Positions 10,596-23,151 of a stretch of 32,911 bases of DNA are shown one piece after another. Source of the DNA: Octopus bimaculoides (Eukaryota). The first letter of the stretch is position 1; the number at the start of each line of letters is the position of its first letter. The stretch is from the NCBI RefSeq assembly GCF_001194135.2, contig NC_068983.1, forward strand, positions 121,394,970 to 121,427,880, written 5' to 3'. The notes beneath the pieces are model-generated. The model ran no database searches. It was not told the DNA's origin and worked only from the letters and a program-made list of their open reading frames with translations. The position numbers and the translations under genes are program-made.

Positions 10596-11985
10596 ATATA
10601 TGTATATATATATATATCATACACAGCACAAATTATCATGTATCACATATAAGTCATTATCACGCAAAAATTACCTCATAAATTATTGAGGGAAATGAAC
10701 TTTTCTTTCTATTGCATATGGCTGGCTTTCCATACCACTAATTAATGAATTAAGATGTGAGCACAAAATGTCATTTCATAGATGTAGTTACAGACATTTG
10801 ATACAAGCCTGAGTATTGGGTGTCTAATGTAGGGGTTCCCAATCTTTTTCATTTCATTTACTCCCCTGTTAATTTCTGGCAAATATATTTATCTCCATTC
10901 TGTTTTGTCCAGTAATTTGAGTTTACATTTCTACCACTTTAGAACAGTAGAAAGGAAATTTAAAATACTGTTTTTACGATATTATTAAATTCAAAATCAG
11001 TCTTCTAAATTAGACTACTCCACTCCATGAGCAAACAGTAATTAGGAGGTACAAAATAGACACAATTAAATTCAAATTTTTAGAAAAAAAAAATGGAATT
11101 TTTTCACAAAATAAACTTGTTTCCAGCTTTTTTATCACAGATTTTAAAAATTATAATTTAAAAAATATATGTACAAATCCAGAATTATCATAATTTACTT
11201 GAACTTAGCAACTCTTAGTCTTATGTTTACACACAACTAAGTGGATTTGCTAGAGGTTAAAACTCATGATATATCAAACACTGTCTAACCAGCACACCCG
11301 TTAAAAATATACTACTAACCTCTTTAAAATTCAAACAGTTCCTTCAATACAAGTTATATGAGTGAGCAAATGGACTGACACATCTGAAAAATTTCTATCA
11401 CTGTCAGATGATGGTAAAGTCATATTAGAGGGGAGACTGTAGTTACGACAGGTATCCACACACACACACACACACACACACAAATGCAGAGTCTACATAT
11501 GCAACAAGAGTCATCTTGCAATGACAAGTGTCCTAGCTGCAGAGAAGCCTCAACATGTGGTGAACTTCCAACCCCACCCAAAAGAACTCTACAGATGAAA
11601 AAAGTTTCCCACGTGTAGTATTATCTCTACAGATGTGACAAGATCTTGTCAAATATATCAGAGATTGAATTGGTGTATAGTTATGAGATTTTTACAATGA
11701 TTCTCCAACCTCATCACTAAAAAGTAAAAAAAAAACATTCAGAAAGTTACAGACAGTAATAAAAGAAATTTTAAGAAGAAACAGAAAGATAGTTGTGTGG
11801 CCTCCTTCATTGAACCTGTGATCCTCACCATCAATTTCCAAATTTTTCGGACCTTTGCCATTAGCCCAGGCAGGGAAACATTGCTCTAAAAGACAGAACA
11901 CTTGTTCTGAGGCTTGTCATTGGCTAGCTATCAGCTATAGATTTGTTCCAACAGGGCTGACTAAGGTTTTACTACAACAAAACAA

Positions 11986-12494
11986 TCATCCTCATCATCG
12001 TTTAACGTCTGCTTTCCATGCTAGCATGGGTTGGACGATTTGACTGAGGACTGGCAAGTCAGAAGGCTGCACCAGGCTCCAATCTGATCTGGCAGAGTTT
12101 CTACAGCTGGATGCCCTTCCTAATGCTAACCACTCCGAGAGTGTAGTGGGTGCTTTTACATGCCACCGGCACGAGGGCCAGTCACACGGTACTGGCAACG
12201 ACCATGCTCAAAAAGGTGTTTTTTACGTGCCACCTGCACAGGAGCCAGTCCAGCGGCACTGGCAACGACCTCGCTCGAATGATTTTCTAACATGCCACCA
12301 GCACAAGTGCTAGAATGCAATCCTGGTAACAATTATACTCAAATGGTGCTATTTAAGGGCCACTATCACGGAAGCCAGACAGCTGCTTTGGCAATGAACA
12401 CGCTCGACAGTGCTGTTAGTGCTCCACTGGCGTGGTGCCAGTCATCGAGTATGGTTCAATTACGATTTCACTTGCCCCAACAGGTCTTCACAAG
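11986..12494 (-). mobile_element. Family A RTE 3'UTR with about five 65-bp tandem units
   Basis: Collinear with 4400-4845 through ...ACGATTTCACTTG..CAACAGGTCTTCACAAG. Confidence 0.85.
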
Positions 12495-13221
12495 TTTTCA
12501 AAAATACATCTATTTTACTAAATAACACCAAATTTTAGATAATTTTGAAAATGAATAGAAATTTTTTAAAACTTAGTGTATTCTAATTTTGTAACTGAGT
12601 CTTATAAGGGTTAAACATAAAAACCATAATAAAAGACACTCAAACTTCAGTTGTTTTCTTCCCCAAATCAACATCAATGATGATTTTCTTGAAGCAAAGA
12701 ATTCTGATAAAAAAAAAAAGAATTAAACAATTCCATAAAATTATAATATTTGAATGTCATCATCTGATATTTCCAAATATTGAAGGGATTTAGTTGTTGT
12801 TGCTGTTTTTTTTTTTACTTTTAAATTATTTTAATATGTCAGTTTTCATAGATATTCTTTAAATGACTTGCTTTCAGTTCTTCAATAATTAAGCAAAACA
12901 GAACTAACTCAAGGCACTTGATAATCAACTATAAGAGCAAAGAGCTAACAGAAAGCAGAATATTGTAAAACTTCCACTTGATGTATCTTTTAACACTTAA
13001 AGGTAACATTATTGCTTTTTCATGGTAATATTTAGAAAACTGGGTTAGGAAACTTGAAAACAAAACACTTCAACTTAATATACATTGCTAATGTGTCAGT
13101 AAGATGTTTTGATTTGTTAGGTTACAGTAATAAGCACAACAGCTACCCCACACACATACATTATTTGGGCCAGTTCTCTCATTACACATAATTACTAATA
13201 ACATAACAACTATCACATCAT

Positions 13222-13223
<2 letters not shown>

Positions 13224-13266
<43 letters not shown>
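13224..13266. repeat. (CA)n microsatellite
   Basis: Direct reading. Confidence 0.95.
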
Positions 13267-13268
<2 letters not shown>

Positions 13269-14039
13269 GAAACATATTGACATTGTAGACTGTATCCAAA
13301 AACAAGTAATTTACTTAAGGTTGGTTATGGAACAAATACATTGCCACCAGATAGATACTGCTGAGTGACCTATTCTCTTTGTTATTGCATAGTCCTCGCC
13401 AGGAATAGGTAACACAATCTGGACATGTTATTGCAATAGAATAATGTTCTTTTGCAGGTGGAGATTTATCTCTCTTCTGTATTGCACCATGAAAGTATAA
13501 GCTTCTTTAGGGTTAAGTAAAGAAGCATTCCATTTACATAAAAATCTATCTCTTCTCTCATAATTAATACAATAATAGGATAAACTCTTATATAAGAATT
13601 TATCAAGTAGTTATCGTGAAAAAAATTCATAGGGAAGAATCTATCGTTTTTCCCTAAATCATATTTATCTATTTATATATATATATATATATATAAGGGC
13701 ATAACTATACAAGAATGCCTCACATTAACTACCGTAATAAACACATTTTTTTACCGAATGCGAGGAAATGCAGCCTTCAAAGAAGCTAGCCTTTTAAAAA
13801 CAGACTGAACTATAGATCGCCGATTTCATGATCATTATAGTAATATATAATCTTCACTCGTCAGTATAGCATAGTCAAGACACGTAGAAATAAACAAAAC
13901 ATCAACATACCAAACAAACACCACATGTATTCTGGACAGCTCATAGAAGACTGTCTATCCCTATGAACTTCCTTATTGAATACCACTAACACATTTTATC
14001 CCTCTTTCTTTCTATTATCACTCCTATTGTGTCTCACAC

Positions 14040-14232
14040 TCATCATCAGTTAATGTCCGTTTTACATGCTGGCGTGGATTGGATAGTTTGACCAGAGCTG
14101 GTAAGACCAGAGGTTGATTAGGCTTCATTGTCCATTCTGGCATGGTTTTTATGGCTGGATGTCCTTGCTAACACCAACCACTCCACAGAGAGTAATGGGT
14201 GTTTTTATGTGGCCCCAGCACCAGTGCCTTTA
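14040..14232 (-). mobile_element. Family A RTE 3' end (diverged)
   Basis: CATCATC...TTAATGTCCGTTTT.CATGCTGGC...GGCTGGATGTCCTT.CTAACACCAACCACTCC. Confidence 0.7.
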
Positions 14233-14296
14233 ACATGGCACCAGCATGAGTACTTTTTATGTGGTATTAGCATCTGTATCAATTCTGCTAACACGT

Positions 14297-14530
14297 CTTA
14301 TTTCTTTACTGCCCACAAGGGGCTATACACAGAGGGGACAAACAAGGACAGACAAACGGATTAAGTCGATTATATCGACCCCAGTATGTAACTGGTACTT
14401 ATTTAATCAACCTCGAAAGGATGAAAAGCAAAGTCGACCTCGGCGGAATTTGAACTCAGAACGTAGCGGCAGACGAAATACTGCTAAGCATTTCGCCTGG
14501 CGCGCTAACGTTTCTGCCAGCTCGCCGCCT
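14297..14530 (-). mobile_element. Family E SINE variant with a different 3' tail
   Basis: The E head and core (AGGCGGCGAGCTGGCAGAAAC...GAGTTCAAATTCCGCCGAGGTCGACTTTGC) are followed by TCCGTTTGTCTGTCCTTGTTTGTCCCCTCTG...AAAGAAATAAG instead of the usual E tail. Confidence 0.8.
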
Positions 14531-14608
14531 AATGTTTCTGCCAGCTCGCCTAACACATCTGCCATGCTAACACGTCTGCCATGCTAACACATCTGCCATG
14601 CTAACACG
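14531..14608. repeat. 17-bp minisatellite TCTGCCATGCTAACAC(A/G)
   Basis: Three complete units at about 14558-14608 follow a partial duplication of the adjacent SINE head; degenerate units occur at about 14634, 14718 and 14762. Confidence 0.8.
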
Positions 14609-14807
14609 TGAAAGACATCACAAAAGTACAAACATTTGTCATGCTAACAACAAATCAAAACACCACACTACACAGTCTCAAATACAACTGTCATAACTAC
14701 AGGACAACCTCAAATACATCTGCCATACTAATACAGCATTGGGACTACATGATCTCAAATGCATCTGCCAAACCAACAACTCTATATTAGCACAAAAAAC
14801 ACCACAG

Positions 14808-14975
14808 GCCAATGAGGGAGCTTCTATGTAGTAGGTAGTTTGCCTTGCTAGAAATAGTAGCCAAATATCACTCAACTCACCCCTTCATACAAAATGATGG
14901 CATGGTCATGGCTGGAATGCCTTTGATATGTTTGCTCAACAAGAGTTAAGCGAGAGTAAATGACAACAAACACAT
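14808..14975. mobile_element. Family F interspersed repeat (old, unclassified)
   Basis: The motifs CTAGAAATA(G/A)(T/C)AGC(C/A)AAA and GGTCATG(G/A)CTGGAAT(G/A)CCTTTGAT recur at about 3660, 18240-18400, 21810, 22725-22860 and 23152-23240. Confidence 0.5.
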
Positions 14976-15279
14976 CTGTTTTGCAACACAAAAACTACAT
15001 AACCACAAATACAGTTATGTATACTATGTATACAATACTCACATGACATTATTTATCATTCCATTTATAACACATGCCACACATACCAAGTGTAATCTCT
15101 CTGGACATCTCTGGAAGTAAAATAACCTCTTGCCAACTGGGACCGGCTGTTGTTTCTTCATAATCTAGCATTAAAAAAATGTTTTTACTCAGAAGCTTAA
15201 GTGTCGATGTCACCCTCCTCAAAACAACATGCGGGTGTTCTAAAGACAGTAACATTTCTTCCACCACTCTGGATAGGAT

Positions 15280-15890
15280 GCCAGTCTGTCTTCTCCATCC
15301 AGTACCATGTCTATAGTCCCCGGCAATCATGGACCTTAGCTCTTTTCCATCCAACACACAACTTATCAAATTACTATGTCCATCTTTCTGTAAACTGCTG
15401 GTAAGTATCTTCTCTCTCTATCTTCTCTAGCCCCTTTCAGTTTTCCAGTAGTCGTGAAATATTCAAAGATTTGCCTTTTTATACAATGTCTAATAAACTT
15501 AGCCTCCTTATGTTGTTAAGAAATTTTCTGGAGGTTTCTGTTCATCTAAGGACTTCGAAATTTGTTACTCTAATCTATATAGAGTATCCTCAGCATTCAT
15601 CCAAGGACCCACATCTCTGCAGTATAAGCATTTGTGCTAATTTGTTGAAATTCTAGATCACACTACTATACGTAAGGATAGTTTGTATATATACCCCAAG
15701 AACTCTTTTCTTCATTGATAGCTGTTTCACAACATATGTTTGATTTCATCAAAAGCAGCTTTGGTCTTTCCAATACTTGACCTCATTTCTTTAATGTTTT
15801 TTCTTTTTTATGTGCAAACAGTTCCAAATATCTAAAGTTAACAGCTTGTTTCAATGTTGTTCCATTAATTTTTATCTTGTAAATTTGTGA
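15280..15890 (-). pseudogene. Degenerate RTE-clade LINE ORF 3' part
   Basis: Minus-strand fragments read IKINGTTLKQAVNFRYLE (RT late motif), EMRSSIGKTKAAFDEIKHML, AEMWVLGxMLRI, VTNFEVL, TTGKLKG and RSMIAGDYRHGT, in the collinear order of RTE/BovB-like ORF C-termini. Many stops and frameshifts are present. Confidence 0.7.
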
Positions 15891-16122
15891 TTTGTGATTT
15901 GTCATTCCTTTTGGTACTGGGGATAGTGTGTGCTGTGAAAACCTAGAGTCATCTCTAGGTTTCACTCTCATTATTGCTAGTACTAATATTTGTCTATCAC
16001 AGGGAGCTATTGCAGAAAGCTTGGTGAACTGAAGAAGAGAAACAACAAAAATACCAACAAAAATCTGAACTCACAACCTGAGACAAGCTAGTCCAATATT
16101 TTCATCCATTTAGACATTCTTC

Positions 16123-16365
16123 GTGGAGGCGCATGGCATCATGATCGTAAGATTGTGGTTTCGATTCCTGGACCGGGCAACGCGTTGTATTCTTGCGCAA
16201 AACACTTCATTTCACGTTGCTCCAGTCCACTCAGCTGACAAAAATGAGTAACGCTGCAATGGACTGGTGTCCCGTCCAGCAGGGGAACACATACGCCATT
16301 GAAACCGAGAAACTAGGCCCATGAGCCTGGCTAGGCTTTAAAAGGGTGCATTTATATTTTATTTA
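16123..16365 (+). mobile_element. Family D tRNA-derived SINE with 12-bp TSD
   Basis: GTGGAGGCGCATGG...GGTTTCGATTCC (B box); TSD TAGACATTCTTC at 16111-16122 and 16366-16377. The head has an internal deletion. Confidence 0.8.
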
Positions 16366-16419
16366 TAGACATTCTTCATCTTTTTATTAAAAGTTGTGGT
16401 TTGGATGTTTGATAGGACA

Positions 16420-17530
16420 GTGAACAAAATACCTAATGGTCTTTTAGTCTCACATCTTTACTTTCTGATATCAAATCCAACCAAGTCACCCTTTTGCTTT
16501 TTATCTATTCAATAGTAGTTTGAATAAGAAGCAGTTAAGTACTTATGTTAATATCACTGACTCAGCTCTTTTTCTAAAATTTGAAGTATGTTAGGATTGA
16601 CTTTGCCTTTTATCCTTTCGGGTTCAATAAACTAAGTACCAGTTACGTACTGGGGTTGATGTAATCGACTCATCCCCTCCCCCAAAATTTCAGGCCTTGT
16701 GCCTATAGTAGAAAGGATTATTATTATTATTATTGTTATTATTATTAATAAAGGCAGTGAACTGGCAGAATCATTAGCACACCAGGTGAAATACTTAATG
16801 GTATTTCGCCCATCACTACATAATGAGTTCAAATTCTGCTGAGGTCAACTTTGCCTTTCATCCTTTCGGGGTTGATAAAATTAAGTACCAATGAAACACT
16901 GGAGTCAATGTAATTGACTAGTCACCCTCCCCCAATAATTCAGGCCTTGTGCTTTCAGTAGAAAGGATTATAACTATTATTATTGTTATTATTATTATTA
17001 TTATTATTATGTTGTTTTTTTTCCTTCTTTCTTCAAATTTTCTTCCATTTCTCGCCGAGTGTTTTCCATACACCTAGGGCAGAGAAACTCATTGTATGCA
17101 TTCCCAGTTTACACATGCAAATACACAGGTAAAATATGTATTTAAAAAAAAAAAAATTTTAATAAAAAATTTTAAAAAATAAAATTTAAAAAAAATAAAA
17201 ATAAAAAAATGATAAAATTAAAAAATAAATAAATTCATGAATCATCATCATCACCATCACCATCACCATCACCATCATCATCATCATTATTATTAAAGCT
17301 GGTGAGCTGGCAGAATCGTTAGCACACCGGGCAAAATGCTTAGCACATTTCATCCATCTTTATGTTCTGAGTTCAAAATTCCACCAAGGTCGACTTAGCC
17401 TTTCATCTTTTCGGGTTGATAAATTAAGTAATCAACTTACCCCTTACCCCAAAGTTTCAGGCCTTGTGCCTTTAGTAGAAAGGATTATTATTATTATTAT
17501 TGTTATTGTTATTATTATTATTATTATTAT
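16420..17530 (+). mobile_element. Cluster of four family E SINE copies in the same orientation
   Basis: A degraded copy at about 16420-16600, a 3' half at about 16600-16745, a full copy at 16748-17010 and an internally deleted copy at 17293-17530; the last three end in GAAAGG(ATT)n. Confidence 0.75.
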
Positions 17531-19655
17531 TAATAGCACTGTTGTATCACCAGACCTCTGCATTCATTATAATACAATGTTTAATTCCATCCTGCAGTCA
17601 TCCTTTACCTGCTGTTAGGACCTTCTTAGTTCATTCGTTGCTTTTCTTATACCAGAACAAGATATTCAGAATAAGTGAAAGGTATCAATTTGTCACAAAT
17701 AAGTGAAATGAGGTGCAACCATGAAATACTTTCTGAACAATTAACCTCTTTTCAGTCACTTCTTCCTCAGCCACCTTCATTACTACCAAGGCTACCAAGA
17801 CAATCACCATCACTAACACTATTACCTACACCATCACCAACAACACCACTTAACCCACCACTTTCCATCATTATTAGCATCACTACTGCTACCATTGCAA
17901 ATGAGTTGGTGTGGAGAGGTAACAGCCATGATAGTGATGGTGGCTCTGCAGTGTTGATAATAACCCCTCATTTAAATGTGTTAAGTAGGTGTGAATAGAA
18001 AAGGAAATTAAAAGCCATTTCCTAGATTAATAAAACCAATTTTTTAAAGCTTGGCGTGAAAAAATAAAAGAATAAGAAAATCTAAAAAATTATTAAAAGA
18101 TAAAAGAACATAGCTAAAAACTTAAGTCTGGAATTCATTCCAAAAGGCACCCTCGGAAACAAGAAATCCAAAAACAATTTTCTAGCAATAGAATGATGAA
18201 GTTATGAATGACTTATAGAGACTGGTGCAAATAAATCAAGGTAATGGTTGCTGTTATTTAACTCTGATTAACTAGACCTGTGATCAAAAGTGTTCCGGTC
18301 TTTTATCATCTTTTTTTTTTTGTGAACGGCTAAGAGTACATTATCCAATACTTGCTCCACTTTTTAGAACAGTTGGATATAATTGAAGGAAATTTCACTG
18401 CAGGTCAAACAATCATTACATTAAAGGCTCTCTTGTTGGTTTGGTTACCATTGAGGAATGTTATAGCAAATAAAACAGTTAACTCATGAAAACAAGGGTT
18501 CTCAAACTAACAAATACCAGGTTCCCACACATGAAATATTAATGTAGCTTTTTTTTCTTTTACCTTCCATTCTCTTTATCAACAGAGTTTGCATTTATAT
18601 TATTCTTTACAAACAATGGATAAGTTAGATAAGTTCAAAAGGTTTTAAGCCAATTTAATTGAGTTAAACACACTAGTTTAACCACTCACTTTTCAATTCT
18701 TAAAGTCCCTACTTACCAAAGACTGCTTGCCTGATCTAATGGACCAAAAATTTAATGCTAGGCTGATTCAGTTCCTGTGTGTACTAATATTTCTTTTTTC
18801 CGTCAAGGGCTTATATGTCCCAATATTAGACTATTTTCTATAGTGAATATATGGTGAATGCTTATGAGCTTAAAGCATATTATTATTATCTACAGAATGT
18901 ACATATGTATATGCATGCATGCATACATCCTCATACATGAATATTCTTTGGTATCTATAGGTAGCAAGAAACCATGGATTTGCAGCTAGAAAGACTTGCT
19001 TTGGTCTTTATTGGTAGAGCACAGTGAGCTAATTAACCTCTTTTTAGCCACTTCTTCCTCAGCTACCTATGCTAAATACCAGGCCTGACACTAACGCTAA
19101 TACCAGGCCTGAACAAGTCTATATAGAAAACCAGCAGTTGCTCATATAGCAGATCACCCGCTTTCCACATCATTGATTTTGTCCAAGAGAAGAGCAAGGG
19201 CTGATACAGTTTCTGCCAATGTCATTGCCGAAATTGTCAAGAACAAAGTTAAAAAACTATAAAGGACTGCTTTACAGATACCAACTCTTGATTTTTAGTT
19301 AATTATATTGATGCCAATACTTAATTAGTACTGGTACTTTAGTTTCTTTATTGACACTGGAAGGAAGCAAGTAAAAGTTAACATTGGTGGAGTTTGAATG
19401 CATGACATACAAAGCCAGGATAAACAGCATAAGGTGTTTTTTTTCTGAAGCTAAACAACTCTGCCACCAACCACCCAGCACACACAAAATGTTNNNNNNN
19501 NNNNNNNNNNNNNNNNNNNNNNNNNNNNNNNNNNNNNNNNNNNNNNNNNNNNNNNNNNNNNNNNNNNNNNNNNNNNNNNNNATATATATATATATATATA
19601 TATATAAATGTGTGATAAACTGTTATATAAGATTTTATCCTATTATTGAATTAAT

Positions 19656-19690
<35 letters not shown>

Positions 19691-19890
19691 TTCTTTTCTC
19701 TATTGAGATGCAGATGTTCATTACATAATTTTAAATAATCATTTTGGTGTGTAACAAGTTTAATTAATGAAGTTCAATCAATGGAACAAATCTGATACCT
19801 CCATTATTTTGAATGTTTTGCACTACTATTTGCAGATAAAGATCATCACTAGGTCTCCCAGATTCTAATGTTTTAATATTAATGCAGTCT

Positions 19891-20110
19891 AAAGGCAACG
19901 AGCTGGCAGAATTGTTAGCACACCAGGCAAGATGCCTAGTAGCATTTCATCCCTCTTTATGATCTGAGTTCAAATTTCACCAGAGTTAACTTTGCCTTTC
20001 ACCCTTTCGGGTTCAATAAAATATATACCAGATGAGCACTGGAGTCAATGTAATCAACTAACTTTCTCTCCCTAAATCACTGAGTTTGTGCCAAAATTTT
20101 GAACCAATAC
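19891..20110 (+). mobile_element. Family E SINE with 11-bp TSD
   Basis: TSD TAATGCAGTCT at 19880-19890 and 20111-20121. Confidence 0.85.
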
Positions 20111-20612
20111 TAATGCAGTCTTGTTTCTTTTTACTATACATTATATTATCTAACCTGTTCTACTTTGAATTAGGCTGTCATAGAGGTGAAGAGACAACTC
20201 AACACATAAAAGACAATCCATGCTGATCCTATTACTTTTTCTAAAAGACAGATCAGCTCACTGCACAGATACTACTTCTGTATATCTACTGGGATATTTT
20301 AAACAATCATTATTCTTTTAGTATTTTATGAAAATAGTTATCTAATTCAGTATAGATGAATTAGTAGGTTTCATCTCCAAGGAGTTAACCAGTAGTTAGC
20401 AAAGACTAACTGAACTGGGTGGTAATTAAACAACTTTCACTTCTTACCTCATTACTATATATTTTATGGTTTTAATCTTGTTTTATTTAGCTTTCATTTT
20501 ATGTTTATTTTTCCCTAGTGACTACCACAAAGACTAATACTTGTATAATGTACATGTAAGTGATTTCTGGGTGTTTGAGTGTGTGTGGGTGTTTATGTAT
20601 GTGAGACATAGA

Positions 20613-20613
<1 letters not shown>

Positions 20614-20696
<83 letters not shown>
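20614..20696. repeat. (GT)n(GA)n compound microsatellite
   Basis: Direct reading. Confidence 0.95.
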
Positions 20697-20699
<3 letters not shown>

Positions 20700-20869
20700 T
20701 TTCCACATATGTTCTTGTTTGCGTGCATATTCATATGTGTCTAGAATTAGCTATACAGGTGGTTAGATTACTTAGTAGACAGACACTGACATGTAATCTA
20801 AGTGAATAACACTTGCTTCATAAAAGCATTGTAACAAAAGTTATGATGGATGGTACCTGAAAAAAAACC

Positions 20870-21040
20870 AAGTGCAGGTGTAGTTGTGTTGTTACAAGCC
20901 TGCTTCCCAACCACATAGTTCCAGGTTCAGTCCCACTGCATGGCATCTTGAGCAAATGTTTTCTCCAATAGCTTCAGGCTGACCAAAGCCTTATGAGTAG
21001 ATTTGGTATATGGAAACTGAAGAAGCCCATCGGGTGCATG

Positions 21041-21071
<31 letters not shown>

Positions 21072-21098
21072 CTTTGTGTCTTTTTGTCCCCCATCACT
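20870..21098 (+). mobile_element. Family B SINE, 5' part
   Basis: GTGCAGGTGTAGTTGTG...GGTTCAGTCCCACTG...GGAAACTGAAGAAGCCC, then (GT)n and TTGTCCCCCATCAC. Confidence 0.8.
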
Positions 21099-21333
21099 GC
21101 TCTTTCACCACAACTTTCTCTCACTCTTACTTCCCGTTTCTGTTGTACCTGTAATTCAAAGGGTCAGCCTTGTCACACTGTGTCACGCTGAATATCCCCG
21201 AGAACTACATTAAAGGTACACGTGTCTGTGGAGTGCTCAGCCACTTGCACGTTAATTTCACGAGCAGGCTGTTCCGTTGATCGGATCAACTGGAACCCTC
21301 GACGTCGTAAGCGACGGAGTGCCAACAACAACA
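21099..21333 (+). mobile_element. Family C SINE, 3' part, abutting the family B 5' part
   Basis: CTCTTTCACCACAACTTTCTCTC...GACGTCGTAAGCGACGGAGTGCC(AAC)n matches 31705-31933. Confidence 0.85.
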
Positions 21334-21912
21334 AAGATTTTAAAATGTATTAACTTTGTTCTGACAACTACGACAGCACTAGTGCTAAGCTGTATTAAGC
21401 TTTTGCTCTTCCTTTGGACAACACTGGTGGTGTGGAGTAGGAAGACTAGCTGTATGAAAGACTTAGTCACCCCCACCCCTACAACCTTGCCTAGGCTTAC
21501 ATCCTGGAAAGGACAGCACAATGTCACCTCATTCTACCAACACAGACTGATACAAATTCTTTCAGGTACATACAAATAGTCTCATGAGACAGATGCCAAA
21601 GAACAGACCTTTTCAACTTACCAAAGAGATAGTGAGTTTTGGGGGTTACTCACCAGAGGATGTACTGAACATCATGATGCCCTGATGTAATTCAGTTGGT
21701 AGATGAAATGGCAAAGCTCTAACAATTCAAACTTTAAACAAGTTCAACAGTATATTCCTAACTTCACATCAGATTCACCAAACTATCCTTAAGTAATACA
21801 GGGTGAGATACTAGAAATAACAGCAAAAATTTCATGAAGATCACACAGTACTGTCTTTAAGAAGAAAAAAACAGAACAGATAATATGGACTTGACATCAA
21901 AACTAAGCATCT

Positions 21913-22293
21913 TGTTGGCACTCCATCGCTTACGACGTTGAGGGTTCCAGTTGATCCGATCAACGGAACAGCCTACTCGTGAAATTAACGTGAAAGTGGC
22001 TGAGCACTCCACAGACACGTGTACCCTTAACGTAGTTCTCGGGGATATTCAGCGTGACACAGTGTGACAAGCTAACCCTTTGAATTACAGGCACAACAGA
22101 AACAGGAAGTAAGAGTGAGAGAAAGTTGTAGTGAGAGAGTACAGCAGGGTTCACCACCATCCCCTGCCGGAGCCTCGTGGAGCTTTAGGTGTTTTCGCCC
22201 AATAAACACTCACAACGCCCGGTCTGGGAATCGAAACCGCGATCCTATGACCGCAAGCCCGTTGCCCTAACCACTGGGCCATTGCGCCTCCAC
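21913..22293 (-). mobile_element. Family C tRNA-derived SINE, full length, 11-bp TSD
   Basis: TSD ACTAAGCATCT at 21902-21912 and 22294-22304; A box TGGCCCAGTGG and B box GGTTTCGATTCC on the minus strand. Confidence 0.92.
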
Positions 22294-22870
22294 ACTAAGC
22301 ATCTAAAATATAGACAATGTACATGACAGGAATGTCATGTACATCAAAGCTGACCTAGTGCTAAGCAACAATAACAAGTATCACATCAGATCCACTGCTA
22401 TCTTTGTGTTAGCAGCATTGCTTAAGATCCAACACCATTATGACTATGCTTGTATAAATACAGTTTGTTAGCAAAACTTTCACATCAGACACACCACATT
22501 CCACCCTCTTGTAAGTACCACAATGTTTGTGTAGCTTCAAATGAGATCACCCACCACTGCCACCATTGTTATGTAAGTGCTACGGTGTGTTAGTAGCTTC
22601 ACTTGCTGCACTTGGTGCTGAATCAGTAATGCAGCCTGCACAATAAGAATAGCTAATTTCATACTTTCAAACCTTGCTTCAGAACTGTACATTTCTAGAC
22701 TTCAAAATTGCACATATGTCTATGTTGTTGTTATTGCTTAGCCTCAGGTCACCTGTAATTGAGCAGACTAATGAATGATCAAAGGTATTCCAGTCATGAC
22801 TATTACATTTTCTCAGGCGTGGTATACCAAAGACTATATTATACTATGTTGCCTTGCTTAACTTAAATAC

Positions 22871-23151
22871 ACTCTTTTACTTGTTTCAGTCATTTGACTG
22901 TAGTCATGCTGGAGCACCGCCTTTTATTCGAGCAAATCGACACCAGGACTTATTCTTTGGAAGCCTAGTACTTATTCTATCGGTCTCTTTTGCCGAACCG
23001 CTAAGTTACGGGGACGTAAACACACCAGCATCAGTTGTCAGGCGATGTTGGGGGGGACAAACACACAAACATATACACACACACATACATATATATATAT
23101 ACATATATACGACAGGCTTCTTTCAGTTTCCGTCTACCAAATCCACTCACA
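22871..23151 (-). mobile_element. Family B SINE, 5'-truncated
   Basis: Matches 5471-5737 and stops at AATCCACTCACA. Confidence 0.85.

Noticed and set aside
10829-10845. TAGGGGTTCCCAA resembling a hAT TIR
   Set aside because: No partner TIR or TSD was found downstream.
18140-18216. Possible CR1/L2 3' remnant (RHPRK...SNRMMKL, WNDL-like)
   Set aside because: Too short and degenerate to distinguish from chance.
19050-19262. Protein-like frames (NTRPD/NTRPE 24-bp duplication; DHPLSTSLILSKRRARADTVSANVIAEIVKNKVKKL)
   Set aside because: They are under 40 codons, have weak splice context and are unrecognised.
21277-21579. 100-aa ORF with a hydrophobic stretch and a possible CAG|GTACAT donor
   Set aside because: It starts inside a family C SINE, has no clear acceptor and no recognisable homology.
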